Below the pieces are notes generated by a model. The model had not been told where the DNA came from. It did no database searches and saw only the letters and a program-made list of their open reading frames with translations. A stretch of 64,000 nt of DNA from an uncultured Micavibrio sp. (GTDB taxonomy: Bacteria > Pseudomonadota > Alphaproteobacteria > Micavibrionales > UBA2020), in contig CAZHOE010000001.1 of NCBI GenBank assembly GCA_964534445.1, forward strand, positions 38,493 to 102,492. The letters run 5' to 3'. Each line of letters begins with the position of its first letter. The first letter of the stretch is position 1. Shown here piece by piece: positions 1-9,665 of this stretch. The position numbers were made by a program, and so were the translations under genes.

Positions 1-220
1 ACGATGCCCGAACAACTTTAAATTCCTCAACTCCGCTTATCTAAAAGCAGGCTTTGATGATATGCGTCCATCTATTTATAGCTCGTTATTAATAGATGTG
101 TATTAATGCGCGGCGATGGTTAACGTAATTCGCGAATACCGCAAGGGTCACACCTGCGACATGTTTAAGTTTAATTAACACGTATTCGTTATAATACTTG
201 CTTATTTATATGAGGAAATC

Positions 221-1834
221 TTGCGCCGTTTTGTTTTTATCCTTTCAGTCATTTTAGGCCTATCCACTGTCACAGGTGCGCGGGCAGAGATGCCGTTTCT
301 GCTCATAGAGCGGGAGAGTGAGGCTCGCGTTTGTACCGAGGTTTCCGGCAGCGCAAAGGACGTTTTTTTGCACTACCCGGTTATTGTAGAAGGACGTTTT
401 AACAGTGATAAATCTTTTTTGATTTCGAACGTATACAAAGGATTTCGCAACTGGCCGATAGAATTTTCGCCAGATGGTTTCGCCGGCGCGGCTATTAAAA
501 AAGATACGCCAGCGCTTGTTTTGGCGGAGTATACCGTGAGTGGTGCCACTGCGCGCTGCGGCAAGGTGCTCTATGCAGGGCAGGAGACAGGGGCTCCGAG
601 CTATGCTGCCCTTCTGGCGGAGGCAGCGGTATATGGGGCGGAGGTAACCGCGCGTCTGAAAGCGGAGGAAGGGGGGCAGAATAGTGAGCGTGTGCAGCAC
701 GCGCTTCCCAGGCTTCTTCGCACTCATGACGACTGGCTCGCAACGATGGAAGTTTCCGTTAAAAATACGCGTGAAGCGGTCGCCAAGAGTCAGGCGGCAC
801 AAACAGAAAGGGAGCGTATCCGTTATAAGCACTCTCTTGAAGGATATGAACATTGTGTGCGCGAATTTCAGGGGGGCTTACTGACAGCAGGCATGCGTGA
901 AACAGTGCTTATGGCCAGAGGCGTTCGGGCAGTAGAACAAAATCTGTCCGAATTTGCACAGGGCTTGATAAAGATGGGTGCATATGATGACGCCATGTTT
1001 GTTCTCTGTGGAGCCAGATCAGCGAATTTGTATATCGAGGCCGCTCTAAAAGCAGACAGGAAAGAAGAGCTGAATGGCGTCACGCTGGCAGGCGCCGGCC
1101 CGTTACACAACATTGATTTGAGTGGGCTGAATCTTAGAAAAATTCATGCAATCAAAGACTGGAAAAATGTGAACGTCGCAGGCACCGATTTTACAAATGC
1201 CAAATTCCATTCGGTTGTGTTTGAGAACGTCAATTTGCAGGATGCCCGGCTAGATATGGCTTTGTACGATTGCAAAACGAGATTTCCGGAGGGGTTTGAT
1301 CCTATTGCACACCATATGATACCGACTTGGACAAAAAGCAACGGCTGTGACGAGGATGCTATACCGAAAGTAGATTTATCAGGCGTCTCAGTCCAGCCGA
1401 TTCCCGCTGTGAACGCATACTCGAAATCCGGCCAAATCGATCTGGGATATTTTATTGTTTTAGACGGCGTCGCGGCCCGGCAGGCCCGTTTGGAGACGGT
1501 GCTCTGCTCAACGTGCAAGATCAAGAATGCTGATTTTACTGGCGTACAAATGTCTTTTCGTCAGGGAAGCGGGGCCGCAGAGTTCACGGATACGACGTTT
1601 AAAAATGCAGACCTGCGCGGGTCGAACATAAATACGGCCACGTTGACAAATGTGGATTTTTCTGGCGCAGACCTTTCGGGAGTCAATCTTGGAAACGCCA
1701 CCCTTTTGAATGTAAATTTTGAAGGTGCGATTCTTGAGGAAACTAGATTCGAAGGCGCCAAATACGACGCTGCGACAAAATTTCCGGATGGCTTTGATCC
1801 GGTTGCGGCAAAGGCAAGGAAAATAATTCAATGA
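221..1834 (+). CDS. secreted pentapeptide-repeat protein (537 aa)
   Basis: TTG start preceded by GAGGAA. Signal peptide MRRFVFILSVILGLSTVTGARA. Two pentapeptide-repeat tracts (e.g. NADLRGSNINTATLTNVDFSGADLSGVNLGNATLLNVNFEGAIL), each capped by a ..T(R/K)FPxGFDP motif. Confidence 0.75.
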   Translation: MRRFVFILSVILGLSTVTGARAEMPFLLIERESEARVCTEVSGSAKDVFLHYPVIVEGRFNSDKSFLISNVYKGFRNWPIEFSPDGFAGAAIKKDTPALVLAEYTVSGATARCGKVLYAGQETGAPSYAALLAEAAVYGAEVTARLKAEEGGQNSERVQHALPRLLRTHDDWLATMEVSVKNTREAVAKSQAAQTERERIRYKHSLEGYEHCVREFQGGLLTAGMRETVLMARGVRAVEQNLSEFAQGLIKMGAYDDAMFVLCGARSANLYIEAALKADRKEELNGVTLAGAGPLHNIDLSGLNLRKIHAIKDWKNVNVAGTDFTNAKFHSVVFENVNLQDARLDMALYDCKTRFPEGFDPIAHHMIPTWTKSNGCDEDAIPKVDLSGVSVQPIPAVNAYSKSGQIDLGYFIVLDGVAARQARLETVLCSTCKIKNADFTGVQMSFRQGSGAAEFTDTTFKNADLRGSNINTATLTNVDFSGADLSGVNLGNATLLNVNFEGAILEETRFEGAKYDAATKFPDGFDPVAAKARKIIQ

Positions 1835-4800
1835 GGTATGGGTTTATGCGTCTTATCGTTTTCTCAATCATTATTGGTTTGTCTCTTTCTTTTGCGCCAA
1901 AAGCACATGCTTTAAGCTGTTTTTTTCTGTCATGTTCTCAAAAGTTGATACAGAGCGATTTGGTGTTCAAGGGGCGGGCGGTTTTTAACGGCAACACGAC
2001 CCCCGAAATGCAGGATGAGTATAGTAAAAATAGAGGCGACAATTCAAAAGGCGTGAGAGCGCTTCCCAACGCCTATACGGACTTTGAAATCCAGACACTC
2101 TACAAGGGGGCGCCGCACGATAAAATCCGGATTTTTTATGAGGTGCGCCGCGCAGGGTTCATCGCAGGGGAAATTGAGGTGCGGCCTTATCCGGAGGGTG
2201 AAGAAACGGTCATTTACGCATCGGTGCAGGGCGGGTTTTATACGACAAGCCGAGGCTATTGCAGCCGCTGCGAGGGACCGCAAGAACTGGAAGTTATCAA
2301 AGCAAGATATGATGCCATCGAAGACCTTATCCGCGCTATGCCCAAGGCTCCCGAATTCTATCTGAAAAAAATTGATCTTTACGAGGCTAACAAAGATTTT
2401 GAGGCTTCGTTGCGAACATATAAACGGCTTTTTGAAGCCGCGCCGGAGATGACGCAAAAAAACGACATGATGCTTTCTTTCGGACGCAGCCTGTTTTTGT
2501 CAAGGCGTTATGAAGAGGCAATCAACGTTTTGGAACGGCTTAAGTCTGACGGGGAGGCCCTCTCGTATTTGCAGAAAAGCAAGCTCTACGCCGGGCAAGG
2601 TGATGATCTTGTGGGGCAAAAACTGCAGATGTCCGGGGCAGAATTGAACGGATTGACTATTCGGGATGCGGATTTTTCCGGTGCTGATTTTTCAGGTGCG
2701 CGGTTGAACGGCGTCAAGTTCGAGAATGTTGTTTTGCGCGGTGCGGATTTTACAAATGCCATCATGCAAGTCGAGTTTTCCGGCAGCGATTTGACCGGTG
2801 CAAAATTTGCAGGCGCGAAAATAAAAGGAAAGATAACGGATAGCAAGTTCGATAACGCGTCTCTGACGGGGGCTGAGGTCGATTTAAACGAGGCAGGGGG
2901 AAGCAGCTTCAAGGCCGCAGATTTTACCTCTGGAAAGCTTTATATATCGGATTGCCGCGGTCATAAAGACTGGCGCGGGAATGATTTTCGGCAAACCAAT
3001 TTTACGGACGCGACCGTAAGCGGGCTTCGGGAGTCAAAGACCGAAGGTGCGAATTTTACAAATACCAATTTCTATGCAAATAAATGTATGTCGCAAAATC
3101 AGGGGGTCGATCTGTCCGGGCGCAAGCTTGATAATACGGCATTTGATCTGGGAGACTATACAGGGGCCTCTTTCAAAGGTGCCAGCCTTCGCGGTGCTAC
3201 TTTTAAAGGAGCAAACCTGACAGACGTCGACTTCAGCGGTGCCGATTTGAGCGGCGCACGATTTGAGGTGTCGTCATATAGCAGCGCCGGTTTGGTTAAG
3301 CTGGAGGGCGCGAATTTTACTGGTGCAAAAACAGACGGCGTTTTTTGGCAAGGGAGCTCTTTTGACTGCAAAACGCAATTTCCCCCGGGCTTTAAGCCCG
3401 AAGATCATCAGATGCAGACGAAAGACCGCTCTTGCGATCTCGCTGCGACAAAAAATCCCGGCGTTGTGCACTATGATGCCGAAAGACTCAGAAGCGGATA
3501 TGTAACGGTATGCAACGGTGATTACCATGCGGATTGCATATATGGCTTCCTCGCCTCTTTTTACAGCATGCCCAAAAGCGGGTTCCGCAGGGAGGAACTG
3601 CTATCTTTCGCGCAAAGCTTTTTGGACGCAGGATATCCCCGTTTGGCAGAGACGATAGCTCTCGGCAAGATCGGGGGCATAGCGCTATCTCAAAAATCCT
3701 TAGATCCTGCGTTTTTTGCTGACTGGCTGCCGATTATGGAGCAGGTAGAAAATTCTCGGGAAGCTGGCGCAAACACAAAAGAAATGCCCGATGCCGCGAG
3801 CTTCCTTGTCGGCGACAAACGTACAGCAGATGCAAGATTGGCAGAAGCGGCAAAGAGGGCCCTTGACGCCGGGGATTTCGATCAGGCATTACGTTATGCC
3901 CGAAAAATCGGAGATAAAGAATTCAATCAAGCTATCCTTGAATGGGGGAATAAACAGGAAGCAGACGCGCACGAGTCTAGAATAAGTTACGGTCCGCGGT
4001 TGGCCCTGCAGTCACAAGCTCAGCTGCTGATCGCAATCGAGAAGTACCATCAGGGGCAGGATACCTCGGCTACGATAAAAGGTTTGATTGAAGACATAGA
4101 AAACGATAAGCCGCGTAACCAGCACGAGAAGATTTTTGCAGCCGCCCGGGGACTGGCCGGGATACATTCGGCAAATCCCGCTTTAATGGTCTATGCCCAT
4201 CTTTTGACGGGTAACACCCAGAAGGCATGGGATATATACACCGTAATAAAGACGGGAAGACATACGGAAGGCCGACTGCCTCTTTTGTCAGCGATGGCAG
4301 ATTACTATGCGCGTTATCCTGATGAGGCCGGGTCCAAAAAACTGACAGAAGAGATACATGCAATCGCGCGGGAGAGCCTGGCACTCAGGGGTAGTTTTAT
4401 ACATCCGGGAGCTGAAAAACTATTCCATGAAAGTCTTTTCAATATTCTGGGTACGTTGAAATCCGGGCCGATGATAAAAGAGGTTTTTTCGATTGTCGGT
4501 AACTATCAAAAGCCCGTGCTTGACGCTATTGTCAGCCTTTATGCGGCAGAGGCCTTTGTCAAAGCGGGTGATATAAAAAGCGCATTTGCGCATTTTGAAG
4601 ATTTCAGAAAAGCGGTAGTGGCAGAGTCTGCGACAGCACAAGAACAAGGTACGCTCTCCTGGTTCTTGACCTTAGGTGCCCAGGATGGAGAGGCTTTAAC
4701 CAAGGGCAAGGGAGGGTTTAAGCTTGAAGATAAAGAAGTCGGCAGCTTCATACTTAGTGTCGCGATGTCCGGAGCTTCGCAGCAAGATAAGGTTAAAGCC

Positions 4801-6432
4801 TTAAAGATTGCTGAAGATCTGGCGGCTTTGGGTATTGGGGCATCGCCGCTGTTTCGCGCTCAAATGGCTATTGCAGCCGCAGCCGTCCATCGTGACGCCG
4901 CAAGCGAGGAAAAAATAAAGGATGCGCATTACGGCGTTCCGGCATCGCAGCTTGCGGATTTATTGCACGAAGCCGGCTTTCATACGCTCGAGAAAGATTT
5001 TATAGAGGCTGCCTGGGCATCGTCAGATGCGCCGCCGTCTATAGGGCTGAACAGGCTTGGTGTTCATACGGGGCTTCAGGCCATGCAGCGCGCCCAGAGA
5101 ATAACAGCGTTGGCCGGTATGCTTGCGCGCGACGGGGAATTTGATCTGGCTGAACGTGCTGTAAAAAGCATCATCAATCCAGCGGCTGTTCTGCATGTCA
5201 GAGATACAAATTTTTCGGCCTATTTTTATCAGCAAAAAACATTACATGACATTGCTATTTCAGCGTTCCAGAGCGGGAAAAAAGAGCTGGCACTTGATAT
5301 TATCACCGCTGACTTATCGTATGCGCCCTATCAGGCCGCGGCCTATTTTGAAATAGCGCGCGCATATATCAGGGACGGCCAGAAAGAGGAAGCTAAACAA
5401 TATTACGATACCGGCTACGATCTATCTTCCTCTTTCGGCGCGGCGGTGGGGAGTCCCATGATTGATCCGGAAGGGGTGGCAGTCGAAGGATGGGTGGCGC
5501 GTGCTGCGGTTGAGGCCGAATTGGGGCTGCCAGAGCGATATGAGCAAACGCTATCCTACGCAAGGCATGCTTTAAGCCTGTCGCAAAACGATATTCAGCG
5601 TGGCAAGCTTGCTTCGGTTGTCGATAGAATTATGCAGCTAACGTCCACAAAAAACGGAAAAGAGCCAGCGCAAAGTCTTGACGATTTCATTGAGAGCTTG
5701 CGCGTAAGGGATGATCTGAACTCGACCTCGGTTGTGCGGCAGGCTGCCGAGAAATATTTGATGGAGGGAGATAGCGATAGGGCGCGTGCCTTGGCAATGT
5801 ATGGGTTTCGCAATATAGATCGTTATCCTCAGTCAAAAACCAAGGCGCATCTTTTGCGGCCTTTTGTTAGTATTATTGCGCGTACAGAAGCGCGCATGAG
5901 CGAAGAGACGCAAAGCAAAATCGAAGAAATTCTTAAGACCTATCCACCAGATAACACCAAGCAAAGCCCTGATATCAAACCGGCGGCGATAGATTTCGTA
6001 GAGGAAGGGCGTATTGCCTATAAGGAGTTAAAAAAACGTGCAGCGCTGGATAATGCGCCTCCAAATGAAGGGGATGTGTTGTCTCAGCTTCAGAAAAGTG
6101 GGGCTCTCATCCCCGGAGCTGCGAGCGACTATGCCAGAGTATGGATAGAGAATGCTGTGAAAAAGTACACGCAAAAAAATCCTGATGTAGATATCAAAGT
6201 CTCGGATTTTTTGAATGAAGGTCCGACGGGTAGATTGTGGACGCCTGATAATAGAGATTTCTGGCTTGTGAAAAGGGAGATCGTTCTTCCTACTCAGGTA
6301 CCGGGCTTTTCTGCCTATCTGGTGGTGCCGGCCGATGTCCCTCGGCCTAAAGGGCGACGTCATAATGCAACTATTCTTTACTTGTCGGACTTTACATGCG
6401 AGGGAAATTTTCCGCCATTCTGTAAATACTAG
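1831..6432 (+). CDS. giant secreted pentapeptide-repeat / TPR-like helical protein (1533 aa)
   Basis: The ATG overlaps the upstream stop (ATGA). Signal peptide ends ..APKAHA. TPR-like helices are followed by a ~240-aa pentapeptide tract (ADFSGADFSGARLNGVKFENVVLRGADFTNA..), the cap FDCKTQFPPGFKP, and ~1000 aa of helical sequence with no motif I recognise. Confidence 0.75.
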   Translation: MRYGFMRLIVFSIIIGLSLSFAPKAHALSCFFLSCSQKLIQSDLVFKGRAVFNGNTTPEMQDEYSKNRGDNSKGVRALPNAYTDFEIQTLYKGAPHDKIRIFYEVRRAGFIAGEIEVRPYPEGEETVIYASVQGGFYTTSRGYCSRCEGPQELEVIKARYDAIEDLIRAMPKAPEFYLKKIDLYEANKDFEASLRTYKRLFEAAPEMTQKNDMMLSFGRSLFLSRRYEEAINVLERLKSDGEALSYLQKSKLYAGQGDDLVGQKLQMSGAELNGLTIRDADFSGADFSGARLNGVKFENVVLRGADFTNAIMQVEFSGSDLTGAKFAGAKIKGKITDSKFDNASLTGAEVDLNEAGGSSFKAADFTSGKLYISDCRGHKDWRGNDFRQTNFTDATVSGLRESKTEGANFTNTNFYANKCMSQNQGVDLSGRKLDNTAFDLGDYTGASFKGASLRGATFKGANLTDVDFSGADLSGARFEVSSYSSAGLVKLEGANFTGAKTDGVFWQGSSFDCKTQFPPGFKPEDHQMQTKDRSCDLAATKNPGVVHYDAERLRSGYVTVCNGDYHADCIYGFLASFYSMPKSGFRREELLSFAQSFLDAGYPRLAETIALGKIGGIALSQKSLDPAFFADWLPIMEQVENSREAGANTKEMPDAASFLVGDKRTADARLAEAAKRALDAGDFDQALRYARKIGDKEFNQAILEWGNKQEADAHESRISYGPRLALQSQAQLLIAIEKYHQGQDTSATIKGLIEDIENDKPRNQHEKIFAAARGLAGIHSANPALMVYAHLLTGNTQKAWDIYTVIKTGRHTEGRLPLLSAMADYYARYPDEAGSKKLTEEIHAIARESLALRGSFIHPGAEKLFHESLFNILGTLKSGPMIKEVFSIVGNYQKPVLDAIVSLYAAEAFVKAGDIKSAFAHFEDFRKAVVAESATAQEQGTLSWFLTLGAQDGEALTKGKGGFKLEDKEVGSFILSVAMSGASQQDKVKALKIAEDLAALGIGASPLFRAQMAIAAAAVHRDAASEEKIKDAHYGVPASQLADLLHEAGFHTLEKDFIEAAWASSDAPPSIGLNRLGVHTGLQAMQRAQRITALAGMLARDGEFDLAERAVKSIINPAAVLHVRDTNFSAYFYQQKTLHDIAISAFQSGKKELALDIITADLSYAPYQAAAYFEIARAYIRDGQKEEAKQYYDTGYDLSSSFGAAVGSPMIDPEGVAVEGWVARAAVEAELGLPERYEQTLSYARHALSLSQNDIQRGKLASVVDRIMQLTSTKNGKEPAQSLDDFIESLRVRDDLNSTSVVRQAAEKYLMEGDSDRARALAMYGFRNIDRYPQSKTKAHLLRPFVSIIARTEARMSEETQSKIEEILKTYPPDNTKQSPDIKPAAIDFVEEGRIAYKELKKRAALDNAPPNEGDVLSQLQKSGALIPGAASDYARVWIENAVKKYTQKNPDVDIKVSDFLNEGPTGRLWTPDNRDFWLVKREIVLPTQVPGFSAYLVVPADVPRPKGRRHNATILYLSDFTCEGNFPPFCKY

Positions 6433-6601
6433 AGGGCATCCGATATCTATCTGACTTTGCTTGAGAACGTTAAAAAATTCCCTGTTCAGGCCTAAAATTT
6501 CGCTGTTAATTTGCGGGAGTTTTTTCTCTTGCGGGCCTTTTTATAAGGATTCCAAGGCTTTGCTGTATCATTTTATGATAGGGCCTTCGGAAACCAAAAA
6601 T

Positions 6602-6740
6602 TTCCCTGTATTTTCCCTGAAAAGCAGGGAAGTAATGGCAAGACGGGTTAGCACGACACTACCCCTTCCACCATCTTTTCTTCTGTTTCCTGACATTTCG
6701 AAATTTTGGCGCGAAAAGCCCGCTGTTGGCAGGGTTTTTG
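6602..6740 (+). ncRNA. candidate conserved intergenic RNA/regulatory module, copy A
   Basis: Blocks TTCCCTG (6602, 6613), CAAGACGGGTTA (6639) and CCACCAT (6668) have the same 19-nt and 17-nt spacings as copy B at 34108-34181. It ends in a bulged hairpin plus T5 (about 6718-6740). Confidence 0.25.
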
Positions 6741-7005
6741 GCTATATCATTTTTGGGACACTGCTGAGACGTACTGGTTTTAAGCGTATTTGAGGGTGTT
6801 GTCTTAACCTGAGTGAAGTGAGTGTTCCTGCTCCAACAGGAAGTAGAATTCCAAGCTATGCTCGTCTAGGGGCGGTCCTTGCCTCATGCTGTCGAACGCG
6901 GCAAATCAGGTGTGAATGGGTTTGTTTTTAAATATGGAAGCCTGAGTGGGATATCTTTTGCCAAGTCAAGCATAGGCTATTCAGGATACTTGAAAGCTCT
7001 TTTCA

Positions 7006-7260
7006 ATGAGCTGGATTACGAAAGAGCGGGAACATTTGTTTGCCGCGCCGATTTCTAAAAAGGACTTCCCGGCAAAATATTCATCTCTCCAAATAATACC
7101 TTTCACCAATTTTAGGGACTATATCGGCAAAAACGGCATCGAGTCTTTTCTTTTGGAGATAAAGGTGCGTTGGCCGATCGAGAAAGTGGCCATGAAATTT
7201 ATGATCGCCGTTCTGGAATCAGACAATACGCTGGTATGCAACAGTGACACGCTGCACTAA
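7006..7260 (+). CDS. hypothetical 84-aa ORF in AT-rich spacer (doubtful)
   Basis: ORF only. No recognisable motif or clear RBS. Confidence 0.2.
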   Translation: MSWITKEREHLFAAPISKKDFPAKYSSLQIIPFTNFRDYIGKNGIESFLLEIKVRWPIEKVAMKFMIAVLESDNTLVCNSDTLH

Positions 7261-7295
7261 AATTTTTTCTACAGTATGTTACGCAGGCCCATATC

Positions 7296-8318
7296 TCAGG
7301 TATGCATTGCGCCATCAGTGTCAGGCAACATTGTCTCCGCGCGCGCATCTCTTTTCATCTTTTCTGATTCAGGATCATTAGATGGAACGTGTACTTCCGA
7401 GGGGGCTCCGTTCAGGGCGTCCTTTATTTGCTTGTCATGCGTTTTTTTCTGAAGGGATGAATTATTCACCTGCTGGTACAAGATCAGCTGCGGATCTGTC
7501 GGATCAATATCATTGGCATCGAACCCTTCCTTGATCGCCTGTACCACGCGTGCACGTGAAACGATTTCGTGTGTCTTGTCAGACCTGATCCACCACCGTA
7601 CCTTTATTCCCAGAGATGTATCACCCAAGTTCCAGCACATAATTTGAGGGACGGGATCTTTCATGACTTCCTCGATATCGCTTAAAGAATTCTCAATGAT
7701 GGATCTAATGCGGCGGAATTCATAAGCGTAACCGACTGTGAAATCAATTTCAATGCGGCGTGTTTTTCTGGAGGTGTGGACAATGACCATACTCGTATAA
7801 ACGGTTGTATTCGGTATGACGATATCGCGGCCATCATAAGTCTGGATGATCGTAGCACGTGGTTCGATACGCTGCACTGTACCTTCAGCCTCATTGATCG
7901 AGATTTGGTCGCCGCGCCTAAAAGGTAAGCGAAGCAAGATCAGGAGCCCTGCCATCCAATTTTGCAATATTTCTTTAAATGCAAATCCTAACGCAAGCGA
8001 GCCTATGCCGAAGCTTGCCAAAAGATCGGCGGGACGAAGAGAAGGCAGGATAATGGTCAAAGCAATAAGAAAACCAAGAGAGAATATGGCCCAGAAAGAA
8101 AATCCTGCGAGAATTTTTCCCAAGTCTATACGATTTCTACGATTAAAATAGGTCGTTACGAACCGGCGCAAACCGTAGCCGATGGCCCATGCTATAAGAA
8201 GAAAAACCAGTCCGACAATTAAATTGGGAGACAGTTCATAAAAACTCTCTACCCAGCCCTCAATAGTAGAACGAGCAAGATCAAGGCCACTCTTTATCGT
8301 ATTATTTTTGGGTTCCAT
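7296..8318 (-). CDS. MscS-family mechanosensitive ion channel
   Basis: N-terminal TM helices plus the conserved beta-domain block GDQISINEAEGTVQRIEPRATIIQTYDGRDIVIPNTTV. Confidence 0.85.
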   Translation of the reverse strand: MEPKNNTIKSGLDLARSTIEGWVESFYELSPNLIVGLVFLLIAWAIGYGLRRFVTTYFNRRNRIDLGKILAGFSFWAIFSLGFLIALTIILPSLRPADLLASFGIGSLALGFAFKEILQNWMAGLLILLRLPFRRGDQISINEAEGTVQRIEPRATIIQTYDGRDIVIPNTTVYTSMVIVHTSRKTRRIEIDFTVGYAYEFRRIRSIIENSLSDIEEVMKDPVPQIMCWNLGDTSLGIKVRWWIRSDKTHEIVSRARVVQAIKEGFDANDIDPTDPQLILYQQVNNSSLQKKTHDKQIKDALNGAPSEVHVPSNDPESEKMKRDARAETMLPDTDGAMHT

Positions 8319-8355
8319 TAATAAGCCATGTTTACAATCTTAAACCAACGTTCCA

Positions 8356-8386
8356 AAAGGAAAAAAATCCTATGACAAAAGGATTT
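8356..8386 (-). terminator. intrinsic terminator after the yeeE-like operon
   Basis: AAATCCT/AGGATTT 7-bp stem (8365-8386), followed on the minus strand by a T-run (plus-strand A-run 8356-8364). Confidence 0.5.
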
Positions 8387-8396
8387 TAATAAAAAA

Positions 8397-9026
8397 TTAT
8401 TGCCCTCGTGCGTAGCGGTCAAGTGCGAGAAGTGCAATCAACAGGATCGGTATCCAGATAAACAGGAAGATCCGTAGACGCACACCGATGAGTTCAGGCA
8501 GCATCACTTTGCCGCGGTCTCCCCATTTCATGATGGTTCTGTCTAGCCAGCCGGACAATTCTGCGAATAGATAGGAGCCTGCAAGAAGTCCGGCGATTGC
8601 GGCGGCGGCGTCCCAGCTTCCTTGTCCAAGTGCCGCTGCGCTCGTGCCCGGACAATAACCGATGAGGCCAAAACCTACACCGAAGAGCAGCCCGCCAGAT
8701 ATATTGGCCGCGTAGCGGGTAGGCTTAATATGCAGCTTTACAAGCCCGAGACCATGAAGGCTGAAGATGCCGATGCTCCCGACGATGATGGCCGTGAGCA
8801 TCACTTGGATGGCGGTGAAATCTTCGAGCAAAAGAGCGCCGAGGAGAACATCGTATTTTGCAACGCCGCCTTTCTGAAGCAAAAAACCAAATAATACGCC
8901 GAAGATGAGGCCGAGAACGCGTTGCTTGGCAGAAAAATTCTTCTGCTCCGACGTATCTTTTTCAGGACCGCCTTTGTCCAATCGGGGCATTACTAGCTGG
9001 CCTTGCGATCTGTTAGGCGGCGTCAT
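8397..9026 (-). CDS. YeeE/YedE-family sulfur-compound transporter subunit
   Basis: Polytopic Gly-rich membrane protein (GYCPGTSAAALGQG). Paired with the paralogous upstream ORF. Confidence 0.8.
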   Translation of the reverse strand: MTPPNRSQGQLVMPRLDKGGPEKDTSEQKNFSAKQRVLGLIFGVLFGFLLQKGGVAKYDVLLGALLLEDFTAIQVMLTAIIVGSIGIFSLHGLGLVKLHIKPTRYAANISGGLLFGVGFGLIGYCPGTSAAALGQGSWDAAAAIAGLLAGSYLFAELSGWLDRTIMKWGDRGKVMLPELIGVRLRIFLFIWIPILLIALLALDRYARGQ

Positions 9027-9053
9027 GGAGATACTCCTCGTGAATAGCAGGGC

Positions 9054-9650
9054 TTAGAGGCGGAACATCAGCATCGCGACCGCAATGCCGCCTGCAAAAA
9101 AACAGATAACAGAAATCCAGGAGCCAAGAGACAACTGGAGCGTTCCGCTGATACCGTGGCCACTCGTGCAGCCTCCGGCAAGCCGCGCGCCAAAGGCCAT
9201 GAGTATTGCACCAAAAAATGCGGTGCCAAGACGGAGGAGGAGGCTATCATTCCCGAAACGGGCGATCCACAGGGGCGGCAGCCATTCAAAGGTGAGCTCG
9301 TTGCCGTGCCACGCTGCCAGAAATGCGCCGATGATCACCCCGAATAAAAGCATCACTCCCCAGTCAATGGCGGGTTTTTTTTCCTGATAGAACTTCAGGC
9401 CAGCGGTATGCTTGGGAGCCAGGCGTTTTCCGAGCATACCTGCTAACCGTGCATAGGCTGTCGAGGCGCCGAGGGGCTTGTCGGAAAAATAGAAGGTGAG
9501 CATGGAAAGTGCGCCGATCAGCCCGCCGACAACATAAGGTGACCAAGCGGCACCTGCTGAATCGTGAGGTAACGTCCGCGTGCCCCCAGCGAGGGCTGTC
9601 AAGGGCATCAGAAGGAAGACGACAAGACAGGTGAAATGAAGTCGTTTCAT
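9054..9650 (-). CDS. YeeE/YedE-family sulfur-compound transporter subunit
   Basis: Polytopic membrane protein with a GGCTSGHGISG motif typical of YeeE/YedE. Confidence 0.85.
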   Translation of the reverse strand: MKRLHFTCLVVFLLMPLTALAGGTRTLPHDSAGAAWSPYVVGGLIGALSMLTFYFSDKPLGASTAYARLAGMLGKRLAPKHTAGLKFYQEKKPAIDWGVMLLFGVIIGAFLAAWHGNELTFEWLPPLWIARFGNDSLLLRLGTAFFGAILMAFGARLAGGCTSGHGISGTLQLSLGSWISVICFFAGGIAVAMLMFRL

Positions 9651-9665
9651 GAAAGTCCTTCTACG

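Noticed and set aside
1900-2000. The N-terminus of the 1533-aa protein (LSCFFLSCSQKLIQSDLVFKGRA) faintly resembles the CxC..SDLVI.(A/G)K start of TIMP-type metalloprotease inhibitors.
   Set aside because: The predicted signal-peptidase site (AHA|LSC) would not leave Cys as residue 1, which the TIMP mechanism requires. The similarity is too short to trust without a profile search.
6461-6793. A 110-aa ORF in the AT-rich spacer after the giant gene.
   Set aside because: Its composition and the embedded repeated TTCCCTG motifs and hairpins look non-coding. There is no RBS or motif.
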